NCBI GenBank assembly: GCA_944383915.1
Contig: CALWRJ010000023.1
Span: 10,274 to 74,273, forward strand
Direction: 5' to 3'
DNA: 64,000 nucleotides
From: an uncultured Clostridia bacterium
Lineage (GTDB): Bacteria; Bacillota; Clostridia; Christensenellales; UBA1242
Positions within the stretch are counted from its first letter, which is position 1, and every line of letters starts with the position of its first letter. This document shows, piece by piece, positions 27,293 to 35,349 of the stretch. The position numbers were made by a program, and so were the translations under genes. The notes beneath the pieces were generated by a model, which was not told the DNA's origin, searched no databases, and saw nothing but the letters and a program-made list of their open reading frames with translations.

Positions 27293-29184
27293 ACAATTCC
27301 CCCCTCAAACAGCAATTCCCCTGCTGGTACACTTTGCCACAACACCGTTCCGCCCTCGCCGTCTATTTCGTATTCCAACTTCATTTTTTTAATTAGGCTA
27401 ACCGCCTCGGTAACTGAAAGTCCAACTAGGTTTGGCACTTCGATATTCGGTTGCAATTTTTCTAAATCCTCGGTTAAATTCGTTGGTGCGATATTTAGAT
27501 AATTAAATAGCCCGCTGTAAATCTCCTTTGCATAGGGGGCGGCGACTAAACTTCCGTAATAAACCGCTGTTCCAGGCTCATTCACGCAAAAAAGCAAGAC
27601 ATATTTAGGGTTTTCAACGGGATAGCACCCCACGAAACTTGAAACATACTTTCCGCTCGCCACGTGTCCGTTTTCGTACTTTTGCGCAGTCCCAGTCTTT
27701 CCACCGATTCGGTAGCCAGGCACGAAACTATATAGCCCCTTCGTGCTTACTACTTGCTCCATAAGACTTGCAATCGTGCTACTTACACTCTCGCTAACTA
27801 CTCTACTTTTAGCCACCGCGCCAAACTCCTTCGTTTCGCCGTCTGGAGTCGTGATAGACTTGATAAAATGCGGTTCGTAAAGAGTGCCATTTAGAAGCGC
27901 ACAAACGCCTGTTATCATTTGTAGCGGAGTAACAGCAATCGCCTGCCCAAACGAAATACGCGCAAGGTCGACATTTTTTACGCTCTCGCTATTCATCATA
28001 ATTCCCGCACTCTCGCCTGCAAAGTCTACACCTGTCGCACTGCCTATCCCAAAACGAGTTAGATAACTATAAAGCGTATCAACGCCGAGCCTAAGCCCTA
28101 GGTCCATAAAAACGCTGTTACAACTGTTACAAAGTCCCTCAACAAGCGTCTGCGAACCGTGTCCGTTCGTGCGCCAGCACTTAATTCTCTCACCGTCAAC
28201 AACTCGGTAGCCAGGGTCGTAAAATTTTTCGTCTAGGCTCGTTTTATTCTCACTTAAAGCGCTAGCAAGGGTGAAAAGTTTAAAAGTACTTCCAGGCTCG
28301 TAAATGTCTACAATGTTTACATTCTTACTATATTCAAGCAACTTCTCCACATCATCGCGTGGCGGGTTGTTTAGGTCAAAACTAGGCTTAGACACCATTC
28401 CCAAAATCGCACCATTAGTCGCGTCCATCATAATCGCAGTTACGCCCTTCGCCTCGTGTTCTAATAATGCTCGCGCGGACACCGATTCGAGAATTTCTTG
28501 AATTTCGGCGTCAATGGTTAGAGTTACATCGCACCCAGGGATACCAGCCACGAAACTTGTTGTCGCGTTACTGAGTTCTAGCCCCGTAATCGTGCTTTCG
28601 GTGAGTGCCACTCCGTCCTGCCCTGTTAAAAAATTGTTGTAGTACGCCTCTAGCCCCGCTTGCCCAACATTATCAATAGTAGTGAAACCTAATACACTCG
28701 TTAACATATCACCGTACGGATATTGCCGAGTGCTCGTTTCCCCTAGGTAAATTCCGTCAATGTTGGCATTAATTATACTTTTTGCGGTGTCAATGTCGAC
28801 TTGCGCCTTTACTAAACTTTCCGAAATGTCCGTTTTGGTGGCAAGGCGGTAAACTTCGTCATACTCCACCCCTAGTGTGCTTGATAGCAAACTCGCTACT
28901 TTTTCCGCGTCTTTCACATTACTCGCGCGCACATAGACATTATAACTAGTATAACTCGATGCCAGCACTTGCCCGTTCGTGTCTAAAATTTTGCCACGAA
29001 GCCCCGAAAGCGTCAAATCTCGCGTCCACTGGTCAATGGCGCGCATCTGTAATTTTTGCCCACTTATAATCTGCACTACAAAAAGTTTGCCAATCACGAC
29101 TAAAAAAAGAAAGGCTATTATACCTAAAACGCATAATAGTCTCTTTTGTAATCTCGTAATCGTGTACTCTTGTTTTTGTTTCAT
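27277..29184 (-). CDS. class B penicillin-binding protein (PBP2B/SpoVD/FtsI-type) with a C-terminal PASTA domain
   Basis: Transpeptidase motifs STFK, SCN and KTGT. N-terminal TM anchor and one PASTA-like segment at the C-terminus. dcw position after the ftsL-like gene. Confidence 0.85.
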   Translation of the reverse strand: MKQKQEYTITRLQKRLLCVLGIIAFLFLVVIGKLFVVQIISGQKLQMRAIDQWTRDLTLSGLRGKILDTNGQVLASSYTSYNVYVRASNVKDAEKVASLLSSTLGVEYDEVYRLATKTDISESLVKAQVDIDTAKSIINANIDGIYLGETSTRQYPYGDMLTSVLGFTTIDNVGQAGLEAYYNNFLTGQDGVALTESTITGLELSNATTSFVAGIPGCDVTLTIDAEIQEILESVSARALLEHEAKGVTAIMMDATNGAILGMVSKPSFDLNNPPRDDVEKLLEYSKNVNIVDIYEPGSTFKLFTLASALSENKTSLDEKFYDPGYRVVDGERIKCWRTNGHGSQTLVEGLCNSCNSVFMDLGLRLGVDTLYSYLTRFGIGSATGVDFAGESAGIMMNSESVKNVDLARISFGQAIAVTPLQMITGVCALLNGTLYEPHFIKSITTPDGETKEFGAVAKSRVVSESVSSTIASLMEQVVSTKGLYSFVPGYRIGGKTGTAQKYENGHVASGKYVSSFVGCYPVENPKYVLLFCVNEPGTAVYYGSLVAAPYAKEIYSGLFNYLNIAPTNLTEDLEKLQPNIEVPNLVGLSVTEAVSLIKKMKLEYEIDGEGGTVLWQSVPAGELLFEGGIVFIKT

Positions 29185-29199
29185 CGAACCCCCTATGGA

Positions 29200-29994
29200 C
29201 TACCTACCAAACAAGTACGAGAAAAAATCAGTTATTTTATTGAAAACATTGTCGCTCGTTGTAATGTCAGTCGGCACTTCGGGTGCAACATTAATACTTC
29301 CGCCCGCGCCCGCATTCTCCATACCTTCGGGAATCTGCCCAGACTCGTTAGTAATACTTCCGTTAAGGTCGGCTAACTCCTGCTCTTGCACAATTATTCC
29401 GCTTGTAGCATCGCTGATTTCACGATTCACCGCCCCTAACGAGAAAATATTGCAAATTATCAAAGTTAGGAGCAAAACAATACAAACCGCGCCAACGCTA
29501 TACCACATAATTTTGCGCGTGGATACGCTTTTCGTCTTTGAAACCGTATTGTCTGGCGCTTTGTCCGCCTTGATTTCAAGTGTCGGCTGTTCGGTAGGCA
29601 TCTCAACAACATCGCGGTATGTCGGCTTTTTCTTTTCACGCATACGCGAAAGCACTTCGGGGTCGCCAAAAAATGGATTGTTTACCGTGTCCACCCTTTT
29701 TTGTGTAGTAGAAACCGTGTTTTGCGCCTTATAATATGTGGCTCGGTCAATCGCATCATAGGCAGAATTTAAATTTACCGCCGTGTGCGAATTGTCAAAA
29801 CGGTCAACTTCGCGCTCAATTTCCGTCTTGTTTATACTTTGTGGCTCACTTTCCGTACGGCTCGCGCTCTGTTGCTCTCTCTCCGCCCTTTTCTCAACTT
29901 CGGTGTTTTCTTGCACCCTCTCGTCAATCAAATCTAAAATCGTAGTTTTCGGCTTTTCAATGGTAGTCGTCCTGTCATCATCATAATTAGACAT
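29200..29994 (-). CDS. bitopic membrane protein in the FtsL position of the dcw cluster (264 aa)
   Basis: ORF-track ORF 29200-30027. I prefer the ATG at 29994, downstream of a GGGGGGTGAG purine-rich stretch. Long charged cytoplasmic N-terminus, a single TM (IMWYSVGAVCIVLLLTLIICNIF) and a short coiled exterior. Assignment is by synteny only. Confidence 0.45.
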   Translation of the reverse strand: MSNYDDDRTTTIEKPKTTILDLIDERVQENTEVEKRAEREQQSASRTESEPQSINKTEIEREVDRFDNSHTAVNLNSAYDAIDRATYYKAQNTVSTTQKRVDTVNNPFFGDPEVLSRMREKKKPTYRDVVEMPTEQPTLEIKADKAPDNTVSKTKSVSTRKIMWYSVGAVCIVLLLTLIICNIFSLGAVNREISDATSGIIVQEQELADLNGSITNESGQIPEGMENAGAGGSINVAPEVPTDITTSDNVFNKITDFFSYLFGR

Positions 29995-30499
29995 AGTAGT
30001 ATACTCACCCCCCTTCGCAAATATCACAAAGTCTTAACTTATTGTTTTTAAGTGCTAACAATTTCCCTTTTACTTCTTTGCTTTTAAAGTGCTATCAATT
30101 TTTAGTCGCCTTTTACTTCTTTGCTTTTTAAGTGCCAACGAAATTTTTCCTAAATAATGATTAGAGTTAGCAAAATAATTTAAAAAACTAACTAGAATAC
30201 ACTTCTAATTACATATATTATATAATTTTTTTCGCAAATCTCCAAATAAAATGAACAAAAATTTTTCTGCAAATAAAAAAATTTTTAAAATTAGGAATTA
30301 GAAATTAGGAATTAGGAATTGCGGAGTTATTATCTTGAATATTAACTTTCTTATATATAATCATCTATTTATATTATTTAGAGAACAATATAATAAATCA
30401 TTTTATTTAACAAATTATTTAATAAATTAATAAATAGAGCAAACATAACCAGCAAATAAAAAACACTTGTTAAAAAAGTGTATAACTTAATTGTACCAA

Positions 30500-30513
30500 C
30501 GAACAAATGTTCT
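30500..30513. promoter_or_regulatory. LexA (Cheo) box CGAACAAATGTTCT within a promoter-like context
   Basis: 13/14 match to CGAACN4GTTCG. Plus strand: TTGTAC (30491-30496), 16-nt spacer, TAAAAT (30513-30518). Minus strand: TACAAT immediately adjacent. Confidence 0.55.
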
Positions 30514-30852
30514 AAAATATTTCAAGAGCAAAAAAGTAACAAAAAGGAAGTTTATATATTGCGTGCAAAGGAAGTAATATTTAATTAAATATTAATTTTA
30601 TATCCAGCCACAATTACTAATTCCTAATTTCTAATTATTAATTTGGAAGGTTTCCTTCCTTAATTCCTAATTAAACAAAAGCAATGAGAGTAAAACTCTC
30701 AAAGTACTATAACAAGCGATTATTGAAATACAACAACTAAAAAATCAAGGATATATCATGAGAGTAAAACTCTCATTGTATTATAATTATTTTATTAATT
30801 GACATAGTCTTTAATGTGCTTAAATTATAAGTTAATGCTTTATTCGTACTAA

Positions 30853-30866
30853 CGAACATATGTTCT
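30853..30866. promoter_or_regulatory. LexA (Cheo) box CGAACATATGTTCT
   Basis: 13/14 match to the consensus. Lies in a direct repeat of the 30493-30550 module. Confidence 0.5.
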
Positions 30867-30968
30867 AAAAATATTAAGGGTAAAAAAGCAACAAAAAACA
30901 AAACAACAAAAAAGGATAAAATATTAATTTCATCCTTAATTCCTAATTACTAATTCCTAATTGCTAAT

Positions 30969-31001
30969 TTAGAAAAAATTTGTATTTCAAATTTTTTCTA
31001 A
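30969..31001 (-). terminator. 14-bp AT-rich hairpin covering the rsmH stop codon
   Basis: TTAGAAAAAATTTG-TATTT-CAAATTTTTTCTAA. Confidence 0.45.
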
Positions 31002-31925
31002 AACGCGCAGTTTCGCCGAATGCGAGCGCGGGTTATTTTTCAGTTCGTCAGGGCTCGGCAGAATCGGTTTTTTGCTAACAAGGCGCACTTCGGCTTTGTG
31101 GTGGCACACGCAAACGGGCAATTTTTTATCGCAAATGCAGTCGCTTGCGAGCAAATTGAACGCCTCTTTCACGATTCTATCCTCGAGTGAATGGAAAGTG
31201 ATGACCGCGAGCCTTCCGCCCGTGTTGAGTCCATTGCGCACCATCGAAAGAAGTCCCTCTTTCAAGCCCTCCAACTCGCCGTTTACCTCGATTCGAATTG
31301 CTTGAAAAACGCGTTTTGCAGGGTGTCCCGCACCGAATCTCGCGCGCGCTGGAATTGCGTTTGTAATAATTTCCGCCAACTCCTTTGTTGTCGTGATTTT
31401 TTTAGTTTTGCGAATAGTTGTTATGGCTTTTGCTATGCGACCAGCAAATTTTTCCTCGCCGTAATCACGAAAAATTCGCTCTAGGGCGCTCTCCGTATAC
31501 TCGTTTACCACAATCTCGGCATTAAGGCGCGCGTGCTCGTCCATCGCCATATTAAGTTCGCCGTCCTGCATATAACTAAACCCGCGCGAAGCCGTGTCTA
31601 TCTGGTAACTGCTCACCCCCAAATCGAGAATAATTCCGTCAAAACCGCCGATTTTTTCATCGTCCATAACGGAAAGAAAATTTTTAAAATTGTTGTGTAC
31701 AAAAGTTTTTTGGCAGTTAAAAGGCTCTAAACGCTTTTTCGCAAAATTAATGGCAGTTTCGTCCAAATCGAACATCACGAGTCGGCCATTTTCTCCCAAA
31801 CGCTTCGCAATCTCGCTACTATGCCCGCCACCACCCAAAGTGCCGTCCATATAAACTCCGTCACTCTTAATGTTTAAGGCATCAATGCTCTCTCCCAACA
31901 ACACCGAAATATGACAAAATTCCAT
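30987..31925 (-). CDS. rsmH: 16S rRNA (cytosine1402-N4)-methyltransferase
   Basis: MraW family pattern (HISVLL, DGTLGGGGHS, DLGVSSYQID, SLEDRIVK). AAGGAGG RBS. Confidence 0.9.
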   Translation of the reverse strand: MEFCHISVLLGESIDALNIKSDGVYMDGTLGGGGHSSEIAKRLGENGRLVMFDLDETAINFAKKRLEPFNCQKTFVHNNFKNFLSVMDDEKIGGFDGIILDLGVSSYQIDTASRGFSYMQDGELNMAMDEHARLNAEIVVNEYTESALERIFRDYGEEKFAGRIAKAITTIRKTKKITTTKELAEIITNAIPARARFGAGHPAKRVFQAIRIEVNGELEGLKEGLLSMVRNGLNTGGRLAVITFHSLEDRIVKEAFNLLASDCICDKKLPVCVCHHKAEVRLVSKKPILPSPDELKNNPRSHSAKLRVLEKI

Positions 31926-31955
31926 ACTTTTACCTCCTTACGCAACTTCGTTGCG

Positions 31956-32352
31956 AATTAGCAATTAGTAATTAGCAATTAGCAGTTAAGGATGAAATTA
32001 ATTTTTTATCCTTTTTTATTGTTACCAATCTCGTTTAAATTAGCAATTAGCAATTAGCAGTTAAGGAGTTATTTCTTTAAATACTTATAATCTAATAGAT
32101 TTCAGCCTTAATTCCTAATTACTAATTCCTAATTCCTAATTATTTTGCACTCCGTGCGGGGCGGGGATAGAGCCCCCGCTGGCTCATTAGCGAACAAAGT
32201 TCGCGTTCGCTCCGCTCAAATTAGCAATTAGAAATTAGGAATTAGGAATTAATGAATTTATTTATCTTAAATAATATATTTTTTAATATTCCTTCCTTAT
32301 TACTAATTACTAATTTGGAAGGTTTCCTTCCTTAACTGCTAATTGCTAATTC
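31956..32352. repeat. mosaic intergenic element L5 (upstream of rsmH)
   Basis: AATTAGC/AATTAGT arrays at 31956-31985 and 32039-32060. CCTAATT arrays at about 32109-32141. GC cassette at 32147-32205. AATTAGG array at about 32219-32250. GGAAGGTTTCCTTCC. GCTAATT array ending about 32351. The CGCAAC-TTC-GTTGCG hairpin (31941-31955) abuts the rsmH RBS. Confidence 0.9.
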
Positions 32353-32374
32353 GCGCGCCAGCGAGTAACTTCGC

Positions 32375-32775
32375 AAACTTCTACCAGTTTACAATCTTTG
32401 TAGGAGCAGATTGTCGCTCCGCTCAATCTGGTTGCGGTAGATTGCAAGTTTTTATATCTTGCAAACTTCAACCAACCTGCAATCTTTGTAGGAGCAGATT
32501 GTCGCTTCGCTCAATCTGGTTGCGGTGAATTTTATGCTAACGCATTTTTAGTTGGTTTCACATACGCTCTACCATCACAATTCTATAAGAGCAGATTGTC
32601 GCTCCGCTCAATCTGGTTGCGGTAGATTGCATGTTTTTATATCTTGCAAACTTCAACTAACCTGCAATCTTTGTAGGAGCAGATTGTCGCTCCGCTCAAT
32701 CTGGTTGCGGTGAATTGTATGCTAACGCATTTTTAGTTGGTTTCACATACGCTCACCAACTCACAATTCACCTGA
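32375..32775 (+). repeat. ~185-bp higher-order tandem repeat containing four 47-nt units
   Basis: CAATCTTTGTAGGAGCAGATTGTCGCTCCGCTCAATCTGGTTGCGGT at 32392-32438, 32480-32526, 32578-32623 (5' part diverged) and 32665-32711. The interleaved segments are also repeated. The last unit runs into the 3' end of the metallophosphoesterase gene. Confidence 0.9.
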
Positions 32776-33437
32776 TCACAACTGCAAAGCAGGTATTTTA
32801 CATCATTTTGGACAAGTTCGTGTTTGACTCGGCAATTTTTTCCGTGCAAATGCCCGTACACGACATAATCGACTTTATACTGTTCGCAAAGGCGCGTAAA
32901 ATCGGACGGGAGCATTTTTGCGTTAAACGGCGGATAGTGAATCATTACGATTCGTTTATCCCCTTCGACAAACAACTTGTCCAAATCTTTTAGTCCTAGT
33001 TCGAGCCTAATAACTTCGCGCTTGTAGATTTTTTCGTCATCGGCGTCTTTAAAATCTTTTTCGGGCACAGTCCAGCCACGAGTACCGCATATCACCGCGC
33101 CATCAAAACGAATTGCGTCATTTTGGAGCGCGTACATATTAGGTGGCAAAATCGAGCGCACCGCCGAAATTGATTTCCACCAATAATCGTGATTTCCGCG
33201 CGTGATAATCTTTTTACCCTTCAATGCGCCAATAAGTTTTATGTCTGGCTCGGCCTCCGTAAGATACATTCCCCAACTAATATCCCCAGGAATTAGCACC
33301 AAGTCATCGTCCCCGACCTTTTCATTCCAATCGGCACAAATGCGCTCAAAGTGGTTATCCCACCCAGGACCAAAAATATCCATAGGCTTTTTAACCACGC
33401 TAGATAAGTGCGTATCCCCTATTGCAAAAATTTTCAT
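32733..33437 (-). CDS. calcineurin-like metallophosphoesterase (234 aa)
   Basis: Motifs IGDTHL, GDISW, GNHDYW and YGHLH. Its RBS lies in a repeat-derived module. Its last ~50 nt are duplicated in the downstream tandem repeat. Confidence 0.75.
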   Translation of the reverse strand: MKIFAIGDTHLSSVVKKPMDIFGPGWDNHFERICADWNEKVGDDDLVLIPGDISWGMYLTEAEPDIKLIGALKGKKIITRGNHDYWWKSISAVRSILPPNMYALQNDAIRFDGAVICGTRGWTVPEKDFKDADDEKIYKREVIRLELGLKDLDKLFVEGDKRIVMIHYPPFNAKMLPSDFTRLCEQYKVDYVVYGHLHGKNCRVKHELVQNDVKYLLCSCDQVNCELVSVCETN

Positions 33438-33450
33438 AAAAACTCCTTCT

Positions 33451-33619
33451 GTCGCTTGCGCTCCAATTTTGAATTAGGAATTTTGAATTTTGAATTATTG
33501 CTAGGTATATTATTTAATTTTATATAATACCTTCCGCAATTCCTAATTTCTAATTCCTAATTCCTAATTTGGAAGGTTTCCTTCCTTAACTGCTACCTGC
33601 TAATTGCTAATTGCTAATT
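33451..33619. repeat. mosaic intergenic element L6
   Basis: TTGAATT-type array, CCTAATT array, GGAAGGTTTCCTTCC and a GCTAATT array. Sits between the metallophosphoesterase RBS and the TGCATAGTAC cluster. Confidence 0.9.
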
Positions 33620-33692
33620 CCTTATTGTTTTATTATACCAATTTACCAACTCATTTGCAAGTGTTTTCTCTTTTAAAACGCAATAAAGCAAT

Positions 33693-33747
33693 TGCATAGT
33701 ACTAAATAAAGTTTGCATAGTACTTGCGTAATACCTATGCATAGTAC
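33693..33747 (+). repeat. 3 copies of TGCATAGTAC (spacing 21 and 24 nt)
   Basis: Copies at 33693-33702, 33714-33723 and 33738-33747. Confidence 0.9.
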
Positions 33748-33974
33748 TTAAAAATTGTGTAAAAATGGCAAATTTGTTAAATTTTGCAAAAATACAATGA
33801 AAATTTCAGCCTAAAAACTATTTTAGGTTTAACAAATAACTTTTCAAAAATTTCTTTCGCCTACCCTATTTTCTAGTAAAGGTAGCAATAAAATAATAAA
33901 AAAACCACCCCTAAATTTACTTTACTTATAATTTATTTTAAAATGTTTAATATGTCCAAATTTTTAGTTTTATA

Positions 33975-34003
33975 TAAAAAGGCGTGCTAGATTAAGCACA
34001 CCT
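33975..34003 (-). terminator. rho-independent terminator of ORF 34073-34741
   Basis: Minus-strand AGGTGTGCT-TAATCT-AGCACGCCT, followed by TTTTTAT. Confidence 0.7.
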
Positions 34004-34072
34004 AAAAGGTAAAATTACCTAAAATATATTTACTTAGCCAAACGCTAAGGTGCAGAGATAAATCTTACGGGT

Positions 34073-34741
34073 TTAAAATTCGTTTGTCGTAAGGTTTGAA
34101 ATCGGGTTTGTTGACGGGAACAATGGCAGTTCAAAGAAGCCCTGACAAACATTTGTAGAAAACTCTTGACATTGTGGAATGAAGCAATAACCATAACTTG
34201 GTACCAAAAGTTCAGTTTCTGCCACAATCTTAATAATCAACATCACACAGCCTTCAACCGTTGCAATACTACCATCAAATGTTGCTTCCGATATAATTGC
34301 GCTTGCCACAAGTTCTACTTGATAAGGAATAATTGATGCCTGCGGTAAAAACAGCACTACATCTTGCGGAAGGGCTATTACCCCCGTTGCTACTCCTTGG
34401 ACATTGTTTGCATCAGTGTACACGATTTCAATAGGTATGTTGGCGGTCGCAGAAATGCGTGCAAAGTTCGGGCGGTCGTCAAAACGCGTAACAGTAAGAT
34501 TAGACAAAGTCGGCGCAACTGTCATACTAGACTGACCCGAAACAAAGGTTAATGGCGCAGTAGGGTTTGCCGGCGTAAAACTCGTCAACTGTACTTGGGT
34601 GTTGGTTATGTGCTGTTGCTTTAAACACGCATCAAAAACCTTTTTCACTTGAATACAGACCTTTTCGCAAAGACCACGAGTTGGGTTGCCATTAATTGGC
34701 CCTGGAATCTGCTCGGACCTAATACCAGAGAAAAAAGACAT
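34073..34741 (-). CDS. hypothetical protein (222 aa), Cys-containing, probably beta-rich
   Basis: GGAGG RBS and a good minus-strand terminator downstream (33975-34003). No family recognised. Visibly higher GC than its surroundings. Confidence 0.55.
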   Translation of the reverse strand: MSFFSGIRSEQIPGPINGNPTRGLCEKVCIQVKKVFDACLKQQHITNTQVQLTSFTPANPTAPLTFVSGQSSMTVAPTLSNLTVTRFDDRPNFARISATANIPIEIVYTDANNVQGVATGVIALPQDVVLFLPQASIIPYQVELVASAIISEATFDGSIATVEGCVMLIIKIVAETELLVPSYGYCFIPQCQEFSTNVCQGFFELPLFPSTNPISNLTTNEF

Positions 34742-34823
34742 TGCAAATTACCTCCATAAGATTTGCCCGTACATTATATAGTATGCAACCGCTCTTTTTT
34801 GTGACACTTTACTCGCTACGCTC

Positions 34824-34916
34824 GAATTTTGCCTTGGAGTGTGCAATGCACACGGAAAGCCAGCCGAAAGTAAGAGTAATTGTCAAAGTGAGTGGCTCAC
34901 GGCTGAACTTTGAATT
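34824..34916 (+). repeat. conserved 93-nt module, copy 1 (candidate structured RNA)
   Basis: GAATTTTGCCTTGGAG-[GTGTGCA-A-TGCACAC]-GGAAAGCCAGCCGAAAGTAAGAGTAATTGTCAAAGTGAGTGGCTCACGGCTGAACTTTGAATT. Confidence 0.8.
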
Positions 34917-35180
34917 AGGAATTTTGAATTAAGGCTTTACGCTTCGCCTTTGGCTACGCTAAATTAGAAATTAGGAATTAGGAATTAGGAATTAAGGAAG
35001 GAAACCTTCCAAATTAGTAATTAGAAATTAGGAATTTTATTCGCTACGCTCAAATTAGCAATTAGCAGTTAGCAATCTACCACGCAAAGCGAGAATTAGC
35101 AATGAGCAATTAGCAATTAGCAGTTATTGTGCGCGTGCGCGCGAAGCAATTATAGATAAATAAACTTCCTTACAATATTT

Positions 35181-35276
35181 GAATTTTGCCTTGGAGTGTA
35201 CAATAATGTACACGGAAAGCCAACCGAAAGTAAGAGAGATTGTTAAAATGAAAGGCTCACGGCTGAACTTTGAATT
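35181..35276 (+). repeat. conserved module, copy 2
   Basis: Same flanks as copy 1. The hairpin is changed to GTGTACA-ATAA-TGTACAC. Confidence 0.8.
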
Positions 35277-35349
35277 TTGAATTTTGAATTATGGCAGGAA
35301 TTATCAAAAATATATAATATACCCAGCCATAACTGCTAATTGCTAATTG

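Larger units (their letters stand above)
30289..30969. repeat. mosaic region L4 inside the 960-bp rsmH / ftsL-like spacer
   Basis: AATTAGG array at 30289-30320. ACTAATT/CCTAATT arrays plus the palindrome GGAAGGTTTCCTTCC (30645-30659). GAGAGTAAAACTCTC hairpins at 30686-30700 and 30760-30774. Two ~55-nt direct repeats carry LexA boxes. CCTAATT-type array at 30934-30969. Confidence 0.85.

Noticed and set aside
32343-32528. ORF-track ORFs lying inside repeats or T-rich spacers (10943-11158, 12347-12550, 14511-14892, 17042-17263, 32343-32528, 34741-34932, 40333-40614, 6370-6705)
   Set aside because: They run through tandem or mosaic repeats or low-complexity T-rich DNA, lack RBSs, and have implausible composition. 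They are treated as non-coding.
32392-32711. Four evenly spaced 47-nt repeats that superficially resemble a small CRISPR array
   Set aside because: The would-be spacers are themselves repeated: spacer 1 is nearly identical to spacer 3, and spacer 2 copies the adjacent gene's 3' end. The structure is therefore a ~185-bp tandem duplication. No cas genes are present in the window.
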